A stretch of DNA of 64,000 nucleotides from Minisyncoccia bacterium (GTDB taxonomy: Bacteria > Patescibacteriota > Minisyncoccia > Phycocordibacterales > UBA918), in NCBI GenBank assembly GCA_041742075.1, contig JBGSJJ010000015.1, forward strand, positions 1,132-65,131, given 5' to 3'. Below the pieces are notes generated by a model. That model was not told the origin of the DNA. It saw nothing but the letters and a program-made list of their open reading frames with translations, and searched no databases. Positions 37,687 to 48,037 of the stretch are shown here, in pieces (within the stretch, counting starts at the first letter, position 1; the number at the start of each line of letters is the position of its first letter). The translations under genes and the position numbers were made by a program.

Positions 37687-38835
37687 CTACCTACTAATAT
37701 CGGCATATACCTGAAGGAAATACTCATCTTGCTTGACGTAGATGGTTTGTCCATCAATCACCACCTCGATGTCCGTACCAGGATACAGCAGTTGCACATT
37801 TTGCCATGACCGATCGTCTACCTCAACAACATACAACCCGTCACTCAGGTGCATAAGGACGAGGTCAGTTGTACCTGGCACAAAGTCAAACATTTTTACG
37901 TCTTGCCATTTTCGGTCAATCCGAATAGTGCTTCTACAGAGTGTTTGATTCTCAAGTTCACTATTGCCAAAATCGGTCGTACTCGCGAGTTGTGTATAGA
38001 GCTGAGCGAACACATGTTCACCATAGAGCTGAGCGGTCGTTGTGGCATCTTGATAATTTACACAGTAGTAGTATGGACGTCGTCTATCTTCACCCACCCA
38101 CTGCGCAAATACTTCTCCTTCACTTTCATACAACACAACGTCTTGTGTTCGTTTGGTGGTAGTGGCGAGTATGGGTGTAGTGCTCGGTGTGGTAAGAACA
38201 GGCGAGTTATTTCCGCTTGGCTTCTGAGTGGCAGTACTCGTCGCTGTAGTAGTCGGAGTTGCAAAAAGACTTCGTACGAACACATACTCACTGTTTACTG
38301 CGTACGTACTAGTAGCGGTACTGGTAGTAGATACAAGAAGACTCGTCGTGGTAGCACCTCTAAATGGTGTCGTGGTGGCTGGTTCAAAAAGTACCCCCGC
38401 CGAAACTCGCGGGTCAACCCAGTTGGTTATAACCCGAACCTGCGGAATAACCGGAAGATTAAAACTTCGCGCTTCGGTCACCAGCTGGGCAAAGACTGGT
38501 AGGTTTTTAACCCATGTCCGTACTCCCTCCCCTTCCACATACACTTCATGCAGTCCGGCTGGAACGTTTTGAATGTACGCTGCTTGCTGAAAGATACGCA
38601 TATTTTGTACCGGCTCACCATTAACGATAATTTCCGTCTCTTCGGCAGAGTTGGTGATATACATCCCGCCAACAATACGAAAACTCGTTTCTGAACTCAT
38701 CCAATTAAAACGGTAGCCAGTTGCATACAGCACGAGAAGTGGTACAAGGACCGTAAACATACCTAGCATCGACAAAAAAACTAACCGACGACTCGATTGT
38801 GACAAAGGCTTTAGCTGAGGTTGAGTGGGAGACAT
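37687..38835 (-). CDS. Membrane-anchored PEGA-like domain protein
   Basis: N-terminal TM ending LYATGYRF, then GGMYITN...IIVNG...NVPAGLHEVYVEGEGVRTWVK and a Thr-rich linker. Confidence 0.65.
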   Translation of the reverse strand: MSPTQPQLKPLSQSSRRLVFLSMLGMFTVLVPLLVLYATGYRFNWMSSETSFRIVGGMYITNSAEETEIIVNGEPVQNMRIFQQAAYIQNVPAGLHEVYVEGEGVRTWVKNLPVFAQLVTEARSFNLPVIPQVRVITNWVDPRVSAGVLFEPATTTPFRGATTTSLLVSTTSTATSTYAVNSEYVFVRSLFATPTTTATSTATQKPSGNNSPVLTTPSTTPILATTTKRTQDVVLYESEGEVFAQWVGEDRRRPYYYCVNYQDATTTAQLYGEHVFAQLYTQLASTTDFGNSELENQTLCRSTIRIDRKWQDVKMFDFVPGTTDLVLMHLSDGLYVVEVDDRSWQNVQLLYPGTDIEVVIDGQTIYVKQDEYFLQVYADISR

Positions 38836-38840
38836 AGTGG

Positions 38841-40394
38841 TTAGTTACGTGCCTTTGGAGTGACCCAGAAGCCCATGTATTTTCCGAGCATTAGTCTCGT
38901 CTGAGCATCGAGTCCAGGGATCGCGCTGAAAATAATCATGGTAGCCGGCACGAGTATCCATTGTACCGCAAGTACCACGTAGCGAAGGCGACTCTTGTCC
39001 TTTGGACGCGGTGGAAGCATGGTGAGAGAAATAACAGAAGATACCACCAGACCAAACATCGCAATAATTAAGAGGTCACGGACCATGAGTGGCAGCTGAT
39101 AGCTGAGCACCGTCTGGTGAAACTCGTAGGTACCGAGAAAAATCGGGGCCCAGCCGAGGATGAAAAGCATAATTGGGTTAGTTACCAGTGCCCAGTACCC
39201 TTCCGCTTGCTGAAAGGCAATGATGATTCTTTTTCGGCGTGAGATCTTTGAATTTTTAGTAAAGTGGTACATCACATAGGCAAAGTTCTCGACGCCATAC
39301 GTCCACCGCCTATGTTGTCTATAAATATTCTTAACCGTTCCCCAGAGCGTCCCCGCTGCATTGGCGTCCATAGAAACCGGATACGAGAGTGGCACGACGT
39401 CGTATTCCCCGTCGTTTGCTATAAAAAGATTCCAAAAAATTCGTGAGTCTTCACTGACCATATTGGTTTGCCAATACCCAACTTCGTACAGGGCTTGAAA
39501 CGAAACTGAGTGTGAAGAAAACGTCGCCATCCGCTCTGGTCTCTCTTGCTGTACCATTTCCCAAAATGTCGAAGACATGGCTACTACGCGAGCAATCGCT
39601 GGCGCCTCCCAGATGTTGTTATTAAAAATCGGAACAGGTTGAAACGAAGACTTCAGTGGTCGCTTCGCCGTCATAAAATGCCAAATCAAACAGTTAAAGT
39701 AGTCAGGGTAGAGTACGGTATCAATATCGAAGATAGAGACCAGGGTATGGTTATACCGTATGCCGTGCGGGTCAAGAATCTCAACCCGGGCTCGCTCGAT
39801 AGCATAGGTAGCGTTTGACCCTTTACCCGCCATCTCTCCCGGCACATTGGCTGGGTGCGTCGTCACAAGAAACGCACCGAAAGTGTCTCCCCACTTCTCT
39901 TTCATCTTGCGCGCAATTTCTTCAGCCGGTAATCCAGCTCGTTCTTCCGTTGCTAAGACAACGATGATATTTTTTTTATCGTACTTAACGTTCGCGAGCG
40001 ACGTAAGTGTCTGCTCAATGATTGATTCTGGTTCTTTATAAAACGGCAACACCACAACCTGATGGATGTGGTCAAATGAAAATCGTTCAATGAGTACTCC
40101 CCAATCGAGTGAGAGGTGATGCCGAAGGCGTCGCCAGTTATAGCGAAGGTGGTACGAAAGAAAAGCCGTCTTAAGAACCCAGTAGATAGCAAACGCAATG
40201 ATGAAGTAGGCAGCCACAAACGGAGCAAAGTTTGAAAGCGCCAACACACCGATAAGTGTAATCCACGAAAAAGCACCCGGAAATATTTCTAGTAAACGAT
40301 ACAGCCGACGGTCACGACCAGTGAGTTCAGTGGCTCGACCGACTTTAAAGTCAGACCGGGTAGCATACGGCAAAAGCGATTGGGGTTCCTCCAT
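38841..40394 (-). CDS. GT2-family membrane glycosyltransferase
   Basis: LPFYKE, GKGSN, FDID (DxD), SED and RQHRRW (QxxRW) motifs with multiple TMs. Confidence 0.88.
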   Translation of the reverse strand: MEEPQSLLPYATRSDFKVGRATELTGRDRRLYRLLEIFPGAFSWITLIGVLALSNFAPFVAAYFIIAFAIYWVLKTAFLSYHLRYNWRRLRHHLSLDWGVLIERFSFDHIHQVVVLPFYKEPESIIEQTLTSLANVKYDKKNIIVVLATEERAGLPAEEIARKMKEKWGDTFGAFLVTTHPANVPGEMAGKGSNATYAIERARVEILDPHGIRYNHTLVSIFDIDTVLYPDYFNCLIWHFMTAKRPLKSSFQPVPIFNNNIWEAPAIARVVAMSSTFWEMVQQERPERMATFSSHSVSFQALYEVGYWQTNMVSEDSRIFWNLFIANDGEYDVVPLSYPVSMDANAAGTLWGTVKNIYRQHRRWTYGVENFAYVMYHFTKNSKISRRKRIIIAFQQAEGYWALVTNPIMLFILGWAPIFLGTYEFHQTVLSYQLPLMVRDLLIIAMFGLVVSSVISLTMLPPRPKDKSRLRYVVLAVQWILVPATMIIFSAIPGLDAQTRLMLGKYMGFWVTPKARN

Positions 40395-40629
40395 ATAGTC
40401 ATTAGTATAGCGCTTTCTCAGTATAAAAAAAGGTGCCAAAAGTACTATGTGTGGTGCGATTATGTTGCCATCTGTAAGCAAAGCATACGGATGGCCTCAC
40501 TCGGGTGTATGGACGTCTGGTCTACGACCAGACGGGAATGACAAAAAAGTACCCGAAGAACACGAGTGTTCCTCTGGTACTTTTTTTCATTCCCTACTCG
40601 CTTCACTCGTACTACACCTCTCGTATCGG

Positions 40630-40702
40630 AGCCATCTGTCAGATTCGAACTGACGACCTACTCATTACAAGTGAGTTGCTCTACCGACTGAGCTAAGATG
40701 GC
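40630..40702 (-). tRNA. tRNA-Thr (anticodon TGT); CCA not fully encoded (CCG)
   Basis: GCCATCTTAGCTCAGTCGGTAGAGCAACTCACTTGTAATGAGTAGGTCGTCAGTTCGAATCTGACAGATGGCT folds to a cloverleaf. Confidence 0.95.
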
Positions 40703-41067
40703 AATCTATTTCCCTGCACTATCGTACATTCATCGACTCACTTGTAAAGGTTACAAGTGGTTCGAAAGTGTCCCACACTTTCTTCACCTCTACCGACTGA
40801 GCTTTGTCCAGCGATTTTCTCTGGGGAGAAAAAATCGGGACATACATTCACAATGGTCACTACGTTCCCTTGCTCATTTAAGATGGCAATTGTGCAAATC
40901 ACAGAGCGAAGCGACAATGATTTTCATACATAGAATTTTCTATTCCTAATGAAAATTCTATGCTTCTCTGGTTTCGTACCATCATTATATCCAGTGGTAC
41001 GGTCTGGAAGGATGCAAGTCGCACCATTATCACAATTTCTGCTCAAATTGCAACCTGAACAGTATGA

Positions 41068-41478
41068 TTAGTGTGATTTCCGTTCTGCCCGCTCTTCCTC
41101 AGTAAGCGCTACTTTTTCTTTATGGGCCGATATCTCTTCAAAATGAGAATGCGTCCTCGCTTTTCGTATTTCTTTAGCTACTTCCTTGTTACGCTTCAAT
41201 GCTCCATCTGACCACGTCTCTAATCTTAGCAGTACCAATTTAATGCGCTTGAGGAGCGTATGAATCAGGTAGTGCCAGGAAAGCCGAATATAGTTAAAGG
41301 TGCCTTGCTTTTTTCTCGTAGCCAAGCTGGCTTTAAAGCGAATTACTTTTCTATCAAGCCACGTACGAAGACCCGAGAGGAGTAGTCTGTCCCCATACGA
41401 ATCCTCTACCTTAAAAAGAACCGTGAGCGTAGTTAGAAGAAAGACACTCCCACCAAAGTAGATGAGTGCGCTGGCCAT
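41068..41478 (-). CDS. Hypothetical membrane protein
   Basis: 136 aa with N-terminal TM and basic body; directly follows tsf. Confidence 0.65.
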   Translation of the reverse strand: MASALIYFGGSVFLLTTLTVLFKVEDSYGDRLLLSGLRTWLDRKVIRFKASLATRKKQGTFNYIRLSWHYLIHTLLKRIKLVLLRLETWSDGALKRNKEVAKEIRKARTHSHFEEISAHKEKVALTEEERAERKSH

Positions 41479-41481
41479 ACT

Positions 41482-42066
41482 TTATTTAATTGAAACGCGA
41501 CTGACTGACACAATGGTCACGTTTTCTCCAAACTTTTGCACTGCGCCATTTACGAGTTCACCGATAGTTGTCTCAGGGTTCTTGATGAAAGGTTGCTCAA
41601 GGAGAATTTGCTCTTGGAAATATGAATTGAGCTTACCAGCCATAATCTTTTCTTGCATTTCGGCTGGCTTACCGACAATCTCCCCCGCGAAGACCTCCTT
41701 TGCTTTCTCAATACTTTCAGCACTTACTTCGTCGCGAGAAATAAACTTAGGAGCGAGTGCAGCTACGTGCATAGCAATCTCCCGAGCGAGCGCTACGAAC
41801 TCCGCATTTTTTGCTACGAAGTCTGTCTCACAGCCGAGGTGCACGAGTGCTGCTACTTCGTTTGTGTTGTGCACGTAGGCACCGATAGAACCAGCTCCGA
41901 GTACTCGGTCTGCTTTCTTGTCCGCTGCTTCACTACGCTTTTTCTTCAAAATGATAAGCGCCTTCTCCATGTCGCCACCTGCTTCTTCAAGCGCTTTTTT
42001 ACACTGCATTACTGAAATACCAGTCTGATCACGGAGGGCCTTAATCTGTGCTGATGTAATTTCCAT
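41482..42066 (-). CDS. tsf: Elongation factor Ts (short form)
   Basis: IKALRDQTGISVMQCKKAL, CETDFVAKN, LLEQPFIKN. Confidence 0.95.
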   Translation of the reverse strand: MEITSAQIKALRDQTGISVMQCKKALEEAGGDMEKALIILKKKRSEAADKKADRVLGAGSIGAYVHNTNEVAALVHLGCETDFVAKNAEFVALAREIAMHVAALAPKFISRDEVSAESIEKAKEVFAGEIVGKPAEMQEKIMAGKLNSYFQEQILLEQPFIKNPETTIGELVNGAVQKFGENVTIVSVSRVSIK

Positions 42067-42118
42067 AAAATAAATCTAAGAACTAAATAATATGACTTCA
42101 CTCCCCTCTTGGATTAGC

Positions 42119-42901
42119 TTAGGCGCGGCGGTCAGCTGGCCTTGGACGACGAGTGTGTTCAGTTCGAACTGGTCGAGGTCGTTGCGTAACAGGCGCTGTG
42201 TAGTTTTTGCGACCTTCTTGGTACGCTGTCGCAAGTTCTTCAAGGGCGAGGATGATACTGGCCTTCAGTGCGTCATTAACTACAATTGGGTAGGTAATTT
42301 TCTTTGCATCACAGTCAGAGCTCATGATACCGATCACTGGTACTTTCATGTCGAGCGCTTCTTGCACAGCGATAGAGTCATGACGAGGGTCTACTACCAC
42401 CATAAAGTGTGGTGTTCGGTCCATGGCAATAATGCCACCAAAATTGAATTCAAGCTTGGTTATTTCACGACCAATTACCACTCGTTCTTTCTTGATATAC
42501 TTTCGTTCCATTTCACCTGATTCACGTTCAAGGACGAGTGCCTTGTAGCGTTCGATTCTTTTTCGAATCTCACTGTAGTTTGTCAAAATACCACCAATCC
42601 ACCGGTTTGTTACGTACGGCATTTCAATCCGCTTTGCAACTTCAGTTACATACGCTGAGGCTTCAGGCTTGGTACTCACAAAAAGTACGGTCTTGCCTTG
42701 TGCTCCCGCTTCAGACAGCAATGCTGATACTGCTTCAATTTGCGCTGATGTCTGTTCGAGGTCGATAATGTCGGTTCCCTCTTTGTTGGTAAAGATATAC
42801 TTAGCAACAGAAGGATGACGGCGACTCTTTGAAAAACCAAAATGAGCGCCGGCATTGAAGAGACGTTTGATGAGTGGTGTTGATGATTGTAATGTTGACA
42901 T
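42119..42901 (-). CDS. rpsB: 30S ribosomal protein S2
   Basis: AGAHFG, IIDL, RWIGGILTN, PIVVNDA. Confidence 0.95.
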   Translation of the reverse strand: MSTLQSSTPLIKRLFNAGAHFGFSKSRRHPSVAKYIFTNKEGTDIIDLEQTSAQIEAVSALLSEAGAQGKTVLFVSTKPEASAYVTEVAKRIEMPYVTNRWIGGILTNYSEIRKRIERYKALVLERESGEMERKYIKKERVVIGREITKLEFNFGGIIAMDRTPHFMVVVDPRHDSIAVQEALDMKVPVIGIMSSDCDAKKITYPIVVNDALKASIILALEELATAYQEGRKNYTAPVTQRPRPVRTEHTRRPRPADRRA

Positions 42902-42950
42902 ATATAAGAAAAAGCGCGATAGCGCAACGTGGATGATGCTATCACATTAC

Positions 42951-43928
42951 TTAGGTCTCTGCAATAGCGGTCTCCGCCACCCCGATAGCCTCCACCACGA
43001 CGTCGAGCTCGCCTCTCCCGAGGATACCTTCGATATTGTGCCACGACTCTTTAATCCGGTGATCGGTAATTCGATTCTGGGGAAAGTTATAAGTACGGAT
43101 TTTTTCTGACCGGTCACCCGTTCCAATCTGATTTTTACGAACACTGGCGTGCTTTTTAGCCTCTTCTTCTTCGTGGAGCGACTCCAGCTTCGCAATAAGC
43201 ATGGTCATGGCCATTTCGCGGTTCTTAAGCTGAGAGCGTCCGGTCTGACAACGCACATCGATACCCGTCGGTCGGTGTATCAAACGCACGGCTGTTTCAA
43301 CCTTGTTGACGTTCTGCCCACCAGCGCCCCCGGAGCGAGAAAACTCCATATCGATATCGCTTTGGTTTATCTCAATGGTTGGCTTCCGGCGAAGGGGCAA
43401 AATAGCCACCGACGCGGTTGAGGTATGAATACGTCCCGCTTTTTCGGTCACCGGAATACGTTGCACCCGGTGCACACCGGTTTCGAACCGCAGTGCGTCA
43501 TAGACCGGAGCCCCAATTATTTCAAACACCCCTTCCTTGTACCCACCTGAAGACGACCTAGCTTCGTCTGAAACGGTCACCTGCCAGCCTTTTCGTTCTG
43601 AAAAAAGTCGGTACATTTGAGCTAATTCTTCAGCAAACAGCGCGGCTTCGTCCCCACCCACGCCAGCGCGCACTTCGAGGATTACCCCATACGGCTTCGC
43701 GTCTTCTTCTTTAGAAGATTCAATGATGCGTTCCATCTCAGCAAACATGACCTTGAGTTCGGCGGTAAGCGAGGTAATCTCCTCCTTGGCCATCTCGGCC
43801 ATTTCTGGGTCGAGAGCGAGCGCTTGTGCTTCTTCTAGCTTTTTATGGTACGTCTCAAACTGACTCGCCAAAAATTGCGTTTTAGGATGTTCTTTATATT
43901 CTTGCAATTTGTCGGGTGGAAAATCCAT
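42951..43928 (-). CDS. prfA: Peptide chain release factor 1
   Basis: [10 protein letters not shown] (PVT), [25 protein letters not shown]. Confidence 0.95.
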   Translation of the reverse strand: MDFPPDKLQEYKEHPKTQFLASQFETYHKKLEEAQALALDPEMAEMAKEEITSLTAELKVMFAEMERIIESSKEEDAKPYGVILEVRAGVGGDEAALFAEELAQMYRLFSERKGWQVTVSDEARSSSGGYKEGVFEIIGAPVYDALRFETGVHRVQRIPVTEKAGRIHTSTASVAILPLRRKPTIEINQSDIDMEFSRSGGAGGQNVNKVETAVRLIHRPTGIDVRCQTGRSQLKNREMAMTMLIAKLESLHEEEEAKKHASVRKNQIGTGDRSEKIRTYNFPQNRITDHRIKESWHNIEGILGRGELDVVVEAIGVAETAIAET

Positions 43929-44190
43929 AGGTAGGTAACTACTGTACTGTAAATTCATCGTTTTTACCAACGGTACCAAGAATTTCAAAAGGTGTTCTTA
44001 AGTATCTCTACAAAAGCGCAAAGCTCAGAAATAGGATGAAGGACGAAAACAGGAAAAAAGCCAAGCGGTATGTAGTTTTAAAAAAGAACATGAAGTGGCC
44101 TAGATACGAGGAGGGCAAGAAAAAATACCCGACCGGGACTTGAGTTGGTCCAGGGAGGGTATTTTTTCGTAGCTCGACAAAGTAGATAGG

Positions 44191-44448
44191 CTAGTTCTTG
44201 GTCTTTTTCGCTGCTCGGGCCTTGAAACGCTCTACCCGTCCAGCAGTATCCATCACCTTTTCTTGACCGGTATAGAATGGGTGCGAAGCACTTGAAACGT
44301 CTACATACGCAATCGGATATTCAACACCGTCAGTCCATTTCGCTTTGTCAGTTGCTTCTACGGTTGAACCCACGAGAAATCGTGTTCCACTTGAGTTATC
44401 GTGGAAAATGACCGCTCGGAAGCCTTTTGGATGAATATCTTTTTTCAT
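44191..44448 (-). CDS. rpmE: 50S ribosomal protein L31, type B (Zn-free)
   Basis: MKKDIHP...DVSSASHPFYTG...GRVERF, with no Cys motifs. Confidence 0.95.
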   Translation of the reverse strand: MKKDIHPKGFRAVIFHDNSSGTRFLVGSTVEATDKAKWTDGVEYPIAYVDVSSASHPFYTGQEKVMDTAGRVERFKARAAKKTKN

Positions 44449-44511
44449 AAGCCACCACTATAGCAGAAAACCCTTACTTGGCAAGAGTATCTAACTACCT
44501 GGACTTTTTAC

Positions 44512-44851
44512 GCCCGAGGTACCTGGGTCAATAATCAACTTCGTATGCGAGGCAAACAAGGAAAAATCGCCGAGGTGAACTCTATCCTTCAGTGAGGCGA
44601 TTTTTATTGGCCTGGAGAGCCTCGGGTAAAGAATTGCTTCAAAGACAAGGAATGGGTAACGGGGTTCAGGAGACGTATTTCTATACGGTGACTGAGCACC
44701 GTGGGACCCATGACGCAGTATTTGAAGCAATTATTGCCCGAGGTACCTGGGTCAATAATCGACTTCGTATGCAAGGCAAACAAGGAAAAAGCGCCGAGGT
44801 GAACTTTTTCGTTCAGTGAGGCGCTTTTTCCGCTGTTTAACGAAGCAGACG
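44512..44851 (+). repeat. Cluster of three family-A hairpins including a 94-bp direct repeat
   Basis: 44512-44605 matches 44736-44829 (offset 224) and brackets a third hairpin at 44620-44743. Confidence 0.8.
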
Positions 44852-44857
44852 TGTTGA

Positions 44858-46204
44858 TTATTGACCCAGGATGCGGATTTCGTTCTCTAAGCGCTGCATC
44901 CGACTAACCACCTGATCCCCATAAAACTGGTTCTCCGGACGACTGGCTCCTCCCCAACCGGCATAGTACCGAAGAGCTGCCAGGCGTGGACTTGAGGCGG
45001 CGCCGTTGTCACGAAGCAAGAGAGCGGTCGCGAGAAAGGCATCTTGGTTATTGAAAGGATTGGCGGGAGTGCTTTTACCGATCAGTGAACGGATGGCATC
45101 AGAAGACGCGTTATACTGCCAGCCACTACCTGAATTGGTGTACCCGCCGTAAATCGCCCAGGTGCTTGGTATAAACTGTGATGGCCCCATTGCCCCTCCC
45201 CAGCCATACGGAACGCCACCGCGAATAAGCGGACAGGAAACTTGCTGACGATTGGTATCAAAACCGAGCGCTGTGCCAATCGCTTTAAAGACTGGAGCGT
45301 CGCGCTCAGGGTGCATCACAGGTCTACCACCGCGTATTTCACTGTATATACAACTGCCGAGGTTCGAACCGTAATTAGTCTCTTGCTCAAGAATTGACAA
45401 AATCAGTGTTGGGGGAATACCGGCTAGCCTGCCAGCAGTTTGAGCCAGGGTAACTGCTTGGGGAAACGGAATGGCGCCGCCACCGCCGAGGAGATCAAAC
45501 AGCTGAGCTCGCAGTTGCGCCGCTGATTTTTCTTGCGTCTGCAGAAGTTGCTGGTACGCCTGCTCCTCTCCTTTAGTGACACGTAAAATACGTTGCTTCT
45601 CCGCTTCTTGCTTTTCAATCCGTTCGCGCTCCAACTCTTGGATTACTTTCATCTCAGCCTCAGTCAGTTGCTTTATCTCAAGCGACTCCTTCTCAAATTG
45701 TGCATCAGACCGAATCTCCTGAAGCGCACTAAGAGAATTATTGAGCGACTCTTTCACGGCATGAAAACTATCTACTTCGGAAAAGAAATCGGAGAAGTTT
45801 TTGTTACTGAGGAGTATCTCAACCAAGGTGAAGTCATCGGCCGAACGTGTCTCTCGCATAATTTTGGCTAGTGACTGCTTTTGCTTAACCAGTCTATCGT
45901 TTAAGACTTCAATCACCTCTGCCTTGTCGCCGATTTGGGTAGTGAGAGAATCAATCGCGAGTTCGCGAGCTTGTACGCCGAGCTCGGCTTTTTTTATCTC
46001 ACCAGAAATAATAGTAATGTCACGTTCGAGTGAGCGACGTTCACTTTGCTTGTCTTCAACCAGCAGTCTCTGTTGAAGAATTTCGCGTTCTACTATTTGT
46101 AGCTGAGCCTCAATCCGAGCCCGCCTTTCTGCGTCAGTTTCGGCATACCCAAACTGCGGAAAGAGCATAGTAAAACTAAGTACGAAAAATAGTATCGCTT
46201 TCAT
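44858..46204 (-). CDS. Secreted coiled-coil protein with C-terminal lytic transglycosylase-like (SLT/MltB-type) domain
   Basis: Signal peptide, long coiled coil, ILEQET, GAMGPSQFIPSTW, NPFNNQDA, ALRY. Confidence 0.8.
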   Translation of the reverse strand: MKAILFFVLSFTMLFPQFGYAETDAERRARIEAQLQIVEREILQQRLLVEDKQSERRSLERDITIISGEIKKAELGVQARELAIDSLTTQIGDKAEVIEVLNDRLVKQKQSLAKIMRETRSADDFTLVEILLSNKNFSDFFSEVDSFHAVKESLNNSLSALQEIRSDAQFEKESLEIKQLTEAEMKVIQELERERIEKQEAEKQRILRVTKGEEQAYQQLLQTQEKSAAQLRAQLFDLLGGGGAIPFPQAVTLAQTAGRLAGIPPTLILSILEQETNYGSNLGSCIYSEIRGGRPVMHPERDAPVFKAIGTALGFDTNRQQVSCPLIRGGVPYGWGGAMGPSQFIPSTWAIYGGYTNSGSGWQYNASSDAIRSLIGKSTPANPFNNQDAFLATALLLRDNGAASSPRLAALRYYAGWGGASRPENQFYGDQVVSRMQRLENEIRILGQ

Positions 46205-46284
46205 AGCAGGTACAGTATACCACTATAAAAACACTGCACGTATGGGTATCCATACGTGCAGTATTTTTATAGGTCTCCTATAGT

Positions 46285-46902
46285 TTATTCAGCAACCTCC
46301 TCCTTACCCTTCTTGGCCACGACAACCGCTGCCATATCGACTACAGCTACTTCTTCTGGCTCTTCTTCTGCTTCACTGACGAGTGCTACTACTTCCTCAG
46401 GATCGGTCTCGACAGTTACCCCTTTCGGAAGTACCAAGTCTTTCACCTTAATCTGTACTTCAAAGTCAACGAGTCCAGATACATCAACATCGATGTGCTG
46501 TGGCAAATCGGCTGGCTTACACGTCACTTCAATGTCATGGAGAACTTTTGTGAGTGAACCACCAAGCTTTACCGCTGGTGCTTCACCGATAAATTCAAGT
46601 GGTACATTGGTTGTGAGTTCCTTTCCGGCTTCGATAGCGTAAAAGTCGACGTGTTCAATACCACCTCGCTCTGGGCTAAAAGCAACATCGTGAATCAAAA
46701 CTTCAACGGCTGTTGGCAAGCCCTCAAGCACAATTACGGTCGATTCTCCTGCTTCGCGTACCATTTTTTCGAGTACTACTTTTGGCACACTAATTGAAAC
46801 CGGTGCTTGTTTCGGGCCATATACTACACCAGGCACGTTACCGAGCGCTCTATCTTTTAAAGCGGATACGGTACGTACGGCAACTGCTAGTTTTACTGTC
46901 AT
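46285..46902 (-). CDS. rplY: 50S ribosomal protein L25/Ctc
   Basis: VPGVVYG, HVDFY, VPLEFIGEAPAVKLGG, LPQHIDVDVS. Confidence 0.93.
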   Translation of the reverse strand: MTVKLAVAVRTVSALKDRALGNVPGVVYGPKQAPVSISVPKVVLEKMVREAGESTVIVLEGLPTAVEVLIHDVAFSPERGGIEHVDFYAIEAGKELTTNVPLEFIGEAPAVKLGGSLTKVLHDIEVTCKPADLPQHIDVDVSGLVDFEVQIKVKDLVLPKGVTVETDPEEVVALVSEAEEEPEEVAVVDMAAVVVAKKGKEEVAE

Positions 46903-46985
46903 ATGACACACACCTTACCATACTCCACAAAAAGCTCAATGGAGGCCGGCAGAATAGAGAGTAGTGCGTGCTATACTTTTTTTAT

Positions 46986-47990
46986 ATGTCACAACAATAT
47001 GATTTTGTAGCCATCGGCGATATTCTCGTTGATGCTTTTATAGAGCTCGATAAAGATGAAGCCGATGTCTCAATAGACATGGATACTGGTCGCAAAACCC
47101 TGCAAATTCCGTTTGGTGGCAAGCTCCCTTATAAAGACGCGGTTGTCATTAGTGGTGTAGGTAACTCGCCAAACGCCGCTGTAGGCGCGCATCGCCTTGG
47201 ACTAACCTCCGCCATCGTGACCAACCTCGGAAGTGATAGAAACGGAAGCGACTGTCTTGATGCGCTTCGGACCGAAGGGGTTCATACCGACTTTGTTAAG
47301 GTTCACGAAGGGATGCTCACCAACTATCATTACGTCCTTCGCTATGGTGCCGAACGCACGATTCTTATTAAACACGAGCAATACCCGTACTCCCTGCCCC
47401 ACTTTGATACTCCACCGCGCTTTCTCTACTTTTCTTCTGTTGGCGAACACGGGGTAGAATTTCATTTTGAGTTGGCACGCTACGTAAGCGAAAACCCGAC
47501 GTGCAAACTCGTGTTCCAACCAGGCACCTTCCAGATTAAGCTTGGTACTGAAAAATTGAAATCTCTCTACGAAGTAACCGAGATTTTCTTTTGTAACTTG
47601 GAAGAATCACAAGAAATTCTAAACACTAAAGAACGGGATCTCCCTACCCTACTCAAAGGAATTAAAGCGCTCGGGCCAAAACTACCGGTTATTACTGACG
47701 GCCCAAATGGTGCCTACGTCCTTGATGGTGAAGGCCAAGCCTGGCACATGCCAATGTACCCAGACCCAGCTCCCCCAGTAGACCGAACTGGTGCTGGTGA
47801 CTCATTCTCAGCTACGTTTACCACCGCGATAGCGCTCGGCTTTACTCCTGAAGTAGCGCTCGCCTGGGGACCAATCAACTCCATGAGCGTGGTGCAAAAA
47901 ATCGGCGCCCAGGCTGGACTCCTCAGTCGTGCTGAGTTAGAAGAATTGCTTAAAAATGCTCCCGAAGACTACCGCGCCCGAAAAATATAA
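46986..47990 (+). CDS. PfkB family carbohydrate kinase
   Basis: GNSPNAAVGAHRLG, ITDGPNGA, DRTGAGDSF. Confidence 0.9.
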   Translation: MSQQYDFVAIGDILVDAFIELDKDEADVSIDMDTGRKTLQIPFGGKLPYKDAVVISGVGNSPNAAVGAHRLGLTSAIVTNLGSDRNGSDCLDALRTEGVHTDFVKVHEGMLTNYHYVLRYGAERTILIKHEQYPYSLPHFDTPPRFLYFSSVGEHGVEFHFELARYVSENPTCKLVFQPGTFQIKLGTEKLKSLYEVTEIFFCNLEESQEILNTKERDLPTLLKGIKALGPKLPVITDGPNGAYVLDGEGQAWHMPMYPDPAPPVDRTGAGDSFSATFTTAIALGFTPEVALAWGPINSMSVVQKIGAQAGLLSRAELEELLKNAPEDYRARKI

Positions 47991-48037
47991 TTTATTCCTT
48001 TCCGTACTAAAAAACACTCTCACTCTGAGCGTGTTTT

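Noticed and set aside
44512-44851. CRISPR array or integron attC array
   Set aside because: Only two 94-bp copies, no repeat-spacer periodicity, no cas or intI gene, and no gene between the units.
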